Source of the DNA: Armatimonadota bacterium
GTDB lineage: Bacteria; Armatimonadota; UBA5829; DSUL01
Reading direction: 5' to 3'
Assembly: GCA_039811685.1 (NCBI GenBank)
Contig: JBDHZC010000001.1
Location: 352,001 to 416,000, forward strand
DNA: 64,000 nt
Shown: piece after piece, positions 9,854 through 17,668 of the stretch
Position numbering within the stretch: position 1 is the first letter of the stretch
How the letters are laid out: the number at the start of each line of letters is the position of its first letter
Made by a program: the position numbers and the translations under genes
The notes under the pieces: generated by a model
What the model saw: the letters and a program-made list of their open reading frames with translations, nothing else
Databases searched by the model: none
What the model was told of the DNA's origin: nothing

Positions 9854-10038
9854 GGACTGCCATTACAAAAAAAAGCCCTGACCGGGCGCCGCTGGCCGAG
9901 CGGCTGAAGTTGGCGCTGGAGGAGGGCATCGAGTACGCCCGGGGCGAGACGGACCTGGTCTCCACGCCTGTGCCCGCGCCTGACACGCACGCGTCTCGAC
10001 GCTCCGTACGCGCCAACCATATAAGGAATCCGAAATGA
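9850..10038 (+). pseudogene. 62-aa ORF resembling the N-terminus of an XRE/HigA-type antitoxin, HTH missing
   Basis: GTGA overlap with the toxin stop and ATGA overlap with the pglX(C) start; LAERLKLALEEGIEYARGETDL resembles HigA-like N-terminal helices. Confidence 0.45.
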
Positions 10039-11567
10039 GTGAAACCCCACCCACCGCCCTTCTCCTCAACCAGCTCGCCCAGATCAAGAACCCGGACGCA
10101 AGGATCGTGCTTCACTGCCAAGAGGGGGTCCTTCTGGCGCGCTATGGAGTTGCTCTCAACGGAATGCACGGTGGGGACTCGGCGCGTTTTCGATTCAACT
10201 GGTGGGAAGTCGCGACGAGGCGCAGTTGGCGTCTGCTTCAGAACACGGTGGAGACAGCGGTGCCCTATGGCGGACGCGTCCAGTGTTTCGAGTGGTCAGA
10301 TAACGGGGAAGCGCACACGCGGAATCCGCAGGCGCGGATTCAGGGCCAATTCGGCTGGGGTAAGCCCGGAGTCGCTGTAAGTATGATGCGGACGTTGCCG
10401 TGCACGCTCTACACAGGAGAAGGGTTCGACATCAGTTGTTCTCCCATCATCCCCCACGACCCGGCCCATCTGCCGGCTATCTGGTGCTTCTGCTCGTCAC
10501 CGGAGTACAACAAAGCCGTCCGCGCCATCGACCAGAAGCTGAACGTAACCAACGCCACTCTGGTAAAGGTTCCGTTCGATCTGGAACGATGGCAGAAGGT
10601 GGCCGAAGAGCGCTATCCAAATGGCCTCCCGGAGCCTTACTCAGATGACCCGACGCAGTGGCTCTTTCACGGTCACCCCTGCGGCAGCGTAGTGTGGGAC
10701 GAAGATGCGAAGTGGACGGCCCATGGCCCGCTGCGCACAGACGCGACGGTGCTGCAGGTGGCCGTCGCCCGCCTGCTGGGCTACCGCTGGCCGGCGGAAC
10801 AGGACCCGGAAATGCGCCTAGCCCAGGAGCAACGGCAGTGGGTGCAGCGCTGCGAGGAGCTAAACGACTTCGCAGACTCCGACGGCATTGTCTGCCTGCC
10901 ACCCGTCAGAGGCGAGCTCCGCGCCGCGGACCGGTTGCAGTCTCTTCTGGCAGCCGCCTATGGGCAGAGCTGGGGACTCAGCCTGCAGGACAGCCTTTTG
11001 ACCTCCGCCGGCGCCTCCGGCAAGGAACTGCACGCCTGGCTGCGGGACGACTTCTTCAAGGCGCACTGCGCCCTGTTCCAGAACCGCCCGTTCATCTGGC
11101 ACATCTGGGACGGGCTGCGGGACGGCTTCTCCGCCCTCGTCAACTATCACCGCCTGGACCGCGCGAAGCTGGAAAAACTGGCCTATACCTACCTGGGCGA
11201 CTGGATCTCCCGAACGCAGGAGCAGGCCGGGCAGGGCACGCCCGGCGCGGAGAAACGGCTCATCGCGGCAAGGGCGCTGCAGCAGAAGCTGCGGGATATC
11301 CTGGTCGGCGAGAAGCCGTACGACATCTACGTGCGCTGGAAGACGCTGGCGCAGCAGCCCATGGGCTGGCAGCCGGACCTGAACGACGGCGTGCGCCTGA
11401 ACATCCGGCCGTTCATGACCGCGGACATCCTGCGCGCCCGCCCGAATATCAGGTGGCAGAAGGACCGGGGCACGGACCCGGCGCCCAACTGCTCCGGCGC
11501 CACCGAGCGCCTGAACGACCTGCACTTCTCGCTGGAGGAGAAACGGAATGCTGGAAACCCAGGGTGA
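10035..11567 (+). CDS. pglX: PglX C-terminal part (target-recognition region and conserved C-terminus)
   Basis: Own RBS AAGGA (10023-10027); QxxQIKNPDARI, LPAIWCFCSSPEY, HCALFQNRPFIWHIWDG, YTYLGDWI and WQPDLNDGVRLNIRPF motifs typical of PglX C-termini. Confidence 0.88.
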   Translation: MSETPPTALLLNQLAQIKNPDARIVLHCQEGVLLARYGVALNGMHGGDSARFRFNWWEVATRRSWRLLQNTVETAVPYGGRVQCFEWSDNGEAHTRNPQARIQGQFGWGKPGVAVSMMRTLPCTLYTGEGFDISCSPIIPHDPAHLPAIWCFCSSPEYNKAVRAIDQKLNVTNATLVKVPFDLERWQKVAEERYPNGLPEPYSDDPTQWLFHGHPCGSVVWDEDAKWTAHGPLRTDATVLQVAVARLLGYRWPAEQDPEMRLAQEQRQWVQRCEELNDFADSDGIVCLPPVRGELRAADRLQSLLAAAYGQSWGLSLQDSLLTSAGASGKELHAWLRDDFFKAHCALFQNRPFIWHIWDGLRDGFSALVNYHRLDRAKLEKLAYTYLGDWISRTQEQAGQGTPGAEKRLIAARALQQKLRDILVGEKPYDIYVRWKTLAQQPMGWQPDLNDGVRLNIRPFMTADILRARPNIRWQKDRGTDPAPNCSGATERLNDLHFSLEEKRNAGNPG

Positions 11568-11577
11568 TCTTTCCTAT

Positions 11578-11597
11578 TATTATCATATATGATAATA
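11578..11597. promoter_or_regulatory. 20-bp perfect palindrome, probable TA operator/promoter
   Basis: TATTATCATATATGATAATA, an AT-rich island 31 bp upstream of the toxin ATG; contains -10-like TATGAT/GATAAT. Confidence 0.7.
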
Positions 11598-11628
11598 TAG
11601 AGGCAGTGGTTACACCGGAGCGGTCCAG

Positions 11629-11958
11629 ATGACTTACGAGGTTCGCGAGTTTCTGACGCCGGAGGGGAAGAGCCCCTTTCGGAAATGGCTGAATCGGCTG
11701 GACCTTCGGACGCGAGCGCGAATACAGGCCCGGGTGCTGCGATTCGAGCAAGGGAACCTTGGCGATGTTAGGCCCGTCGGCGGCGGAGTCTCCGAGGCGC
11801 GCGTCGATTTCGGTCCTGGCTATCGGATCTACTTCGGTGTGGATGGTGGCATGCTCGTGATTCTGCTTGTCGGAGGAGACAAGTCAACACAACGTAACGA
11901 CATATCGAAGGCTAAGGGTTACTGGGCGGAATACGGGAGATCAGTGGACAATGGGTAG
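11629..11958 (+). CDS. RelE/ParE-superfamily toxin (addiction-module killer type)
   Basis: GKSPFRKWLNRL, GNLGDVRPVGGGVSEARVDFGPGYRIYF and LLVGGDKSTQ motifs. Confidence 0.92.
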   Translation: MTYEVREFLTPEGKSPFRKWLNRLDLRTRARIQARVLRFEQGNLGDVRPVGGGVSEARVDFGPGYRIYFGVDGGMLVILLVGGDKSTQRNDISKAKGYWAEYGRSVDNG

Positions 11959-12262
11959 AAGAAGCAGGGACTGGAACGAGGGACTGGCCGAGGACCTGAG
12001 AGACAGGCAATTCGCCGGCGAGTTTGTGCGCGCGGCGATCGAGGAGGGGGCCTCGGTGCAGGCCGCCCTGGGCAAAGTGGTTCGTGCGTACGGCCTCACG
12101 GAGTATGCATCGCTTGCCGGCATGGCCGCACCCAATGTCTCACGCGCCATCAATCCGCGTCACAATCCTACGCTGGACACGCTCAACAGGCTTCTGGCCC
12201 CCATCCACCTGCGCCTGAGCGTGGAGTCCGTTGCTGCCGACGGTACGTCCAGGGCGGCTTGA
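11951..12262 (+). CDS. addiction-module antidote, HTH-XRE antitoxin
   Basis: Overlaps the toxin stop; ALGKVVRAYGLTEYASLAGMAAPNVSRAINPRHNPTLDTLNRLL HTH; TGATG-coupled to pglZ. Confidence 0.88.
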   Translation: MGRRSRDWNEGLAEDLRDRQFAGEFVRAAIEEGASVQAALGKVVRAYGLTEYASLAGMAAPNVSRAINPRHNPTLDTLNRLLAPIHLRLSVESVAADGTSRAA

Positions 12263-14577
12263 TGCCCACCGTACTGGACGCCCTTGCCCGCTCGCTGGCC
12301 GCTGCCGCGGACTACAACCCCAACGACGTCGTAGCCCCTGTCGCCGTGCTGTGGCCGGACGGCTCAGGGGAATGGCGGCGGGTGGCCCCGCTGCTCGCGG
12401 CGCATCTCCCGGTGCTGACGCTCGGCGACTTCGACCCGGAGCGCAACACGGGGCCGTCCGTCTGGATACGCGCCATGCTCGCCGGCGCGCTGGAAACAAG
12501 GCTGCCCGAGGGCCAGACGCCCGTTGTCTACCTGCCCGGAGTCTCCCGCGCGGAGCTGCGCGCGGTGGATGAGTGCCCGGACCATCTGAAACCCCTGGCG
12601 GAACTGCAGTTCCGCGGCGCCTTCTTCAGCCAGGTAAGCCACCGCGACTGGACTCTGACGGCCTTCCTTCAGTCGGAGAACGGGGGCCTGGGCATACAGG
12701 TCGCCGGGGGCCAGGCCACGCTGGCGGCTCTACGCAATGCCGCAGAGGTCGTTGTGCAGGAGCCGGTGGAGGCCGTTCGTGCCAGGGCGCCGCTCACCGC
12801 CGCATACTTCAATGAACTGCTTGCCCCCGATCTGAATCGGCAGATGCTGAAGTGGTTGAATGACCCTGAGAGCGAGCGGAAGCGTATGGGCACGCAAGTC
12901 TGGAAGGCTTTCCGTCACAACTGCCTGCAGTCTCTGCATTTCGACCCGGAGTTGGATAGCGCCCTCTCGGCGGCGGAGCGCCTGGGTGCGGCTGGCGATG
13001 GCTGGCAGGCTGTGTGGACGCGCTTTCGGGAATCTCCGGCTTCGTATCCCGCCCTGCCAGACCTGCTGCGCCGAGCTAAGCCGGCAGCTACTGGAAACCT
13101 TTTCGATCAGGTGGGGGAGTGCTGGCCACAGGATAACGAGTCCGAGGAGAACGCCCTCCGGAAAGGCCTTACAGATATCGGTGGCCTGATGCCGTCGCAG
13201 CTTGCTCATCGACTTCTCGAACTGGAACAGCACCACGGCCCACGGCGCGAATGGGTCTGGGCCGAACTGGGCGGATGTCGGTTGGCACAATCACTCGGGT
13301 ATCTGGTCGAGGCCTTACAGCTCAGCCAGCAAGCGATGCCAGAAGGAGATCTGGAGGCTCAGGCTCGGACGTACGCCGAGTCGGGATACCGGGTTGACCT
13401 GGCAGTACTCCGAGCGCTCGCATGCGTGCAGGAGGGTGGGGACGGGGTGGCGGTCTCGTCGGCGTTGCAGAGCATCTACCGCCCGTGGCTTGAGTCGTGC
13501 TGCGAGTCCTTCCAGAACGCCTGGACTGCGGCAACACACACTCAAAGCCCCTCGGCCTGCGAACCGGCCGAGGGGCGGGTGTACGTCTTCGTAGACGGCC
13601 TCCGGATGGATGCTGCGCAGATTCTTATTGACATTCTGGGCTCGCCGACAACCGACTGCAAGATAGATTTCCGTCTGGCGCCCGTACCCACCGTCACGGC
13701 CACGGCGAAACCGGTAGCGGCGGGCCTGACAGAGAGTCTTGGCCCCGGCCCTGGCTTCTCACCTTCGGCCGGTGGGGAGACGCCACTGTCGGCGGAGCGT
13801 TTTCGCCAGCTTGTGTCGCAGCGTGGCATGCAGGTGCTCTCCGGCGATGAGACGGGCGATCCACAGGGGTGCGCCTGGACGGAGTGCGGCCGGGTCGACG
13901 AGATCGGGCACTTGGACGGCTGGCGCATTGCACACCGGCTTCAACAGGAGTTGGAGCCAGTATGTGACCGCATCACCCAACTTCTGACTGCCGGATGGCG
14001 TGATGTGCGAGTGGTCACCGACCACGGCTGGCTCCTTCTGCCGGGTGGCCTTCCCACTGCACACCTGCCCGAACCGGCGACAGAGCTTCGCAAGGGGCGC
14101 TGTGCACGCCTGAAGCCCGATGCTACAGTGGGTGCATTGGAGCAACCGTGGGACTGGGATCGCTCAGTGCGCATTGCTATCGCGCCCGCCATCACCTGCT
14201 TTGTAAGCGGCAAAGAGTATGAGCACGGCGGCATCAGCCCGCAGGAGTGCGTTCTACCAGAGATCACAGTCCGGCCCACGGTACCGGCCGTCTCTGTATC
14301 GTTCGAAAATGTGAAATGGGCTGGCCTGCGCTGCCGCGTTCAGACCGCCGGTTCATGCGCCGGCTTGCTGGTGGACGTTCGCACCAAGGCGTCTGACCCA
14401 ACCTCCTCGGTCACAGCCGGACCCAAAGCGCTGGACGCTGAGGGGTCAGCGTCTTTGATCTGCGCAGACGCCTCGCGCGAGGGGGAGGCGGCATTCGTAT
14501 GCGTCTTTGCGCAGGCCAGTCCCGCGTCTGTCATCCTCCAGCAACACACCACCATTGGATGGCGCGGAGAGGATTGA
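12262..14577 (+). CDS. pglZ: BREX-1 PglZ (alkaline-phosphatase-fold phosphodiesterase), type-B-like
   Basis: FVDGLRMD, PTVTATAK, VVTDHGWLLLPGGLP and YEHGGISPQE motifs. Confidence 0.92.
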   Translation: MPTVLDALARSLAAAADYNPNDVVAPVAVLWPDGSGEWRRVAPLLAAHLPVLTLGDFDPERNTGPSVWIRAMLAGALETRLPEGQTPVVYLPGVSRAELRAVDECPDHLKPLAELQFRGAFFSQVSHRDWTLTAFLQSENGGLGIQVAGGQATLAALRNAAEVVVQEPVEAVRARAPLTAAYFNELLAPDLNRQMLKWLNDPESERKRMGTQVWKAFRHNCLQSLHFDPELDSALSAAERLGAAGDGWQAVWTRFRESPASYPALPDLLRRAKPAATGNLFDQVGECWPQDNESEENALRKGLTDIGGLMPSQLAHRLLELEQHHGPRREWVWAELGGCRLAQSLGYLVEALQLSQQAMPEGDLEAQARTYAESGYRVDLAVLRALACVQEGGDGVAVSSALQSIYRPWLESCCESFQNAWTAATHTQSPSACEPAEGRVYVFVDGLRMDAAQILIDILGSPTTDCKIDFRLAPVPTVTATAKPVAAGLTESLGPGPGFSPSAGGETPLSAERFRQLVSQRGMQVLSGDETGDPQGCAWTECGRVDEIGHLDGWRIAHRLQQELEPVCDRITQLLTAGWRDVRVVTDHGWLLLPGGLPTAHLPEPATELRKGRCARLKPDATVGALEQPWDWDRSVRIAIAPAITCFVSGKEYEHGGISPQECVLPEITVRPTVPAVSVSFENVKWAGLRCRVQTAGSCAGLLVDVRTKASDPTSSVTAGPKALDAEGSASLICADASREGEAAFVCVFAQASPASVILQQHTTIGWRGED

Positions 14578-14619
14578 TGCAGCGGCAGACAACTGCTGCG
14601 AGAGGAAACAGGTAGAGCT

Positions 14620-16674
14620 ATGCCACCCAATACCCTGGACAATATCGACTTGCTTGCAGCTCGTGCCTTTGATGGCCTTATCGTTCGCAAAGACCTTGCT
14701 CGGCGGTTCAAGGGGCAGTATGCAGTGCCGACCTATGTCGGTGAGTTCCTGCTGGGACGCTACTGCGCTACCACGGACGAACTTGAAATTGAAGAAGGGC
14801 TGCAGATTGTGCAGCGCCAGCTTCGGGAACGGACCGTCAGAGCCGGCGAGGAAGAGTTCTTCAAATCCAGCGCCCGCGAGCACGGGACGGTCAAGATCAT
14901 CGACCACATCACCGCGCGTCTGGACGAGAAATCGGACAGCTACGTCGCCATAGTCCCCAGCCTGCGTATCAACGACGTGCGGATTTCTCCGCAGCAGGTG
15001 TCGGATCACGAACGTCTGCTGACCGGCGGATTTTACGCCGATCTGGAGATCGAATATGACGCGGCGATCGCGCAGGAGAAGCACGGACGGCCGTTCGGTA
15101 TAGTGAATCTGCGGCCCATTCAGCTCAGCAAACGCGAGGTTCTCAGCGACCTGGTGCGCGGTCGGGAGATGTTCACGACAGGGGAGTGGAAGCAGTTTCT
15201 GATCCGTAGCATCGGACTGGAACCGACGGCCTTGAAGACTCGCGAACAGGATATGGTGCTCCTTCGTATGGTGCCGTTTGCCGAGCGCAACTACAACTTT
15301 GTGGAACTGGGACCCCGTGGCACTGGCAAGAGCCATCTGTTCCAGCAGATCAGCCCGTATGCGCATCTAGTCAGCGGCGGCAAGGCTACTGTTGCTCGTA
15401 TGTTCGTGAACAACGCGAACGGCCAGCGCGGCCTGGTCTGCCAGTATGACGTAGTTTGTTTCGATGAAGTCTCTGGCATCAGCTTCGACCAGAAAGATGG
15501 CGTAAATATCATGAAGGGCTACATGGCGAGCGGAGAATTCAGCCGAGGGAAAGAGAGCATACGGGCTGAGGGTAGCATCGCGATCGTGGGCAACTTTGAT
15601 GTGGACGTGGAGCACCAGCAGCGCATAGGTCATCTCTTTGGGCCGCTTCCACCAGAAATGCGCAACGATACCGCGTTCATGGACCGCATCCACTCGTACA
15701 TTGCGGGCTGGGATATTCCAAAGATGGAATCAGCGTTGTACACCAACCATTTTGGTCTTGTCAGCGACTTTTTGAGTGAGTGCTGGTCGCGTCTGAGAGC
15801 CTATAGCCACGCTGGTGTGCTGATGGGCCGTGTGGACTTTGGCGTGGCTCTGAGCGGTCGAGATACAGAGGCTGTCACGAAGACAATGAGCGGGCTTCTG
15901 AAGCTGCTGTACCCGTCAGCCGACGCAGATATCCCGGCCGAAGACCTTAGCTGGGCGCTCAGGCTAGCGCTAGAGAGCCGTCGTCGGGTGAAAGAGCAGC
16001 AGAAGAGAATTGGCTCGGCAGAGTTCAGAAATACTATGTTCAGCTTCCGGCTGGGCGTCGATGGAATGGAACAATATGTGTCCACGCCCGAATTGCAGTC
16101 GTCGTCCACCGTCGGCACAGATCCTTTGCCACCGGGCCACATATGGGGCATCAGCCCGTCTGGCCAAACTGAGGGAAGCGGACTGTATCGGATTGAGGTG
16201 AACGAAACCGCTGGCTCCGGCTACAAGCTTGCGAACGTAACGCCCCCCGGGCCCCTGAAGGAGAGCACGACTGCCGCCTACCAGAACCTCGTCGCACAGA
16301 ACCAAGCACTTGTAGGTGACCGTGACGCGCGGCAGCGCGAACTGACAGTGCAAATTCGGGCGATGGATGCGTCCGGGTCGGGCAGCCAGTTAGGCATCCC
16401 GATCCTCCTGGCTTTCTGCGGCGCAATCCTGGGTAAGAGTCTGAGAGGTGGCCTAGTGGCTGCCGGCGGAGTCACCATCGGCGGCTCTCTCGAGCCCATC
16501 CATAACGCCATCGATATCGCAGAGCTGGCGGCAGAGAAGGGCGCCCAGATGCTGCTTGCGCCTGTCTCTTGCCGGAGGCAGCTGAACGACCTTTCCGACG
16601 ATCTTGCGGCCAGGCTCACGATTCTCTACTACACAGACGTACGTGACGCCCTGTTGAAGTCGCTGGTGGACTAG
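14620..16674 (+). CDS. brxL: BrxL (AAA+ ATPase with Lon-like C-terminal domain)
   Basis: VPTYVGEFLLGRYC, Walker A ELGPRGTGKSH, Walker B VVCFDEV, FMDRIH and RRRVKEQ. Confidence 0.93.
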   Translation: MPPNTLDNIDLLAARAFDGLIVRKDLARRFKGQYAVPTYVGEFLLGRYCATTDELEIEEGLQIVQRQLRERTVRAGEEEFFKSSAREHGTVKIIDHITARLDEKSDSYVAIVPSLRINDVRISPQQVSDHERLLTGGFYADLEIEYDAAIAQEKHGRPFGIVNLRPIQLSKREVLSDLVRGREMFTTGEWKQFLIRSIGLEPTALKTREQDMVLLRMVPFAERNYNFVELGPRGTGKSHLFQQISPYAHLVSGGKATVARMFVNNANGQRGLVCQYDVVCFDEVSGISFDQKDGVNIMKGYMASGEFSRGKESIRAEGSIAIVGNFDVDVEHQQRIGHLFGPLPPEMRNDTAFMDRIHSYIAGWDIPKMESALYTNHFGLVSDFLSECWSRLRAYSHAGVLMGRVDFGVALSGRDTEAVTKTMSGLLKLLYPSADADIPAEDLSWALRLALESRRRVKEQQKRIGSAEFRNTMFSFRLGVDGMEQYVSTPELQSSSTVGTDPLPPGHIWGISPSGQTEGSGLYRIEVNETAGSGYKLANVTPPGPLKESTTAAYQNLVAQNQALVGDRDARQRELTVQIRAMDASGSGSQLGIPILLAFCGAILGKSLRGGLVAAGGVTIGGSLEPIHNAIDIAELAAEKGAQMLLAPVSCRRQLNDLSDDLAARLTILYYTDVRDALLKSLVD

Positions 16675-16992
16675 CGTCCCTTATCTGCACCCGAAGTCAA
16701 ATCAGCGCTCCCGTTGTTCGCCGCCTCCCAACAGATAATCCTGGAGGTACACATGGCCATTCCGTAGCCGGCAGGGGAGACACAGCATAGTTTTCCACGT
16801 GACCGATAAGATATATTATGTTAACTCACTATCCAAAGGCTAGTGACGACGCATCTCTGGCGCGGTTTGAGGGACTGACCAGGCACACAATCATCGTCGT
16901 GGACGTGGGGGCTTATACTACTTGAGTGATATGGCCACGTGAATTTGGCGAAAGCGGAGAAAGAACTCAGCGCCTGCGGCCCAAAACGCCGT

Positions 16993-17595
16993 CTAACTCT
17001 CAGGAGGTTCGAAATCTTCGCACGGACGCCCGGCTTCCTCCAGCACGGCCTCAACTACATACACCGGGCATCTGGAGCGGACGGCGAGCGCAATAGCGTC
17101 GCTGGGTCGAGCGTCTATGGATATAGCGCTGCCATTATGCGTTAGCCAGACTTTTGCGTAGAAGGTTTCGCCCCAGAGGTCATCCACGACGATGCGCTCT
17201 ACGGTGGCTCCCAGGCGTTCGGTGACGTTGCGCAACAGATCGTGCGTCAGGGGTCTTTCGGCGGCGAGGTTCTCCAGGCCAGTGGAGATCGCAAAAGCCT
17301 CAAAGCGGCCTATCCAGATGATGACGCACCGCCCGCGATTGTCGCGCAACAGGACAAACGGGCTGCCAATTGTCGCAGTCTCGTCGCTCTGTTCAAAGAC
17401 ACCCACGACATGGACTTCCCGCTCTTCGAGATTGCGCGGCTCGACAGGCTCTTCGTTTACGGCGTCTGGTTCGAAAGACTCATTGTCAGATAGCTCATCA
17501 GAGGGACTGCGGGCCTCAGGAGTGGACTCGTCACTGCCCGGCGACTCGTCATCGCGAGGGTCGTGTCCTTCTTTATGCTCTTCTGGTTCAGTCAC
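16993..17595 (-). CDS. bifunctional nuclease family protein (DUF151) with acidic N-terminal extension
   Basis: IWIGRFEAFAI, RPLTHDLL and IDARPSDAIALAVR; GTG start at 17595 chosen by eye. Confidence 0.88.
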   Translation of the reverse strand: MTEPEEHKEGHDPRDDESPGSDESTPEARSPSDELSDNESFEPDAVNEEPVEPRNLEEREVHVVGVFEQSDETATIGSPFVLLRDNRGRCVIIWIGRFEAFAISTGLENLAAERPLTHDLLRNVTERLGATVERIVVDDLWGETFYAKVWLTHNGSAISIDARPSDAIALAVRSRCPVYVVEAVLEEAGRPCEDFEPPES

Positions 17596-17668
17596 TATCC
17601 ACTTCCTATTTCCGGTCAGTTGACGCAGGTGTCGCGCCGCTCCGGAGTGACTCCTTGTAGTCGATCCG

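Larger units (their letters stand above)
1582..16674 (+). other. BREX type 1 anti-phage locus (PglZ type-B-like) with two nested toxin-antitoxin modules
   Basis: Co-oriented, mostly overlapping brxA-brxB-brxC-pglX(N)-[AbiE]-pglX(C)-[type II TA]-pglZ-brxL, the canonical type-1 order. Confidence 0.92.

Noticed and set aside
8104..10034. Group I/II intron, intein or IS as the element splitting pglX
   Set aside because: No reverse transcriptase, homing endonuclease, transposase or intein motifs and no target-site duplication were found; the cargo is a TA pair
10658..11632. 324-aa alternative-frame ORF inside pglX-C, and similar long shadow ORFs (6280..7173, 14446..15366, 43123..44232, 56405..57358)
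   Set aside because: They overlap well-supported genes, are Arg/Pro/Ala-rich or antisense, and carry no motifs, as expected in high-GC DNA
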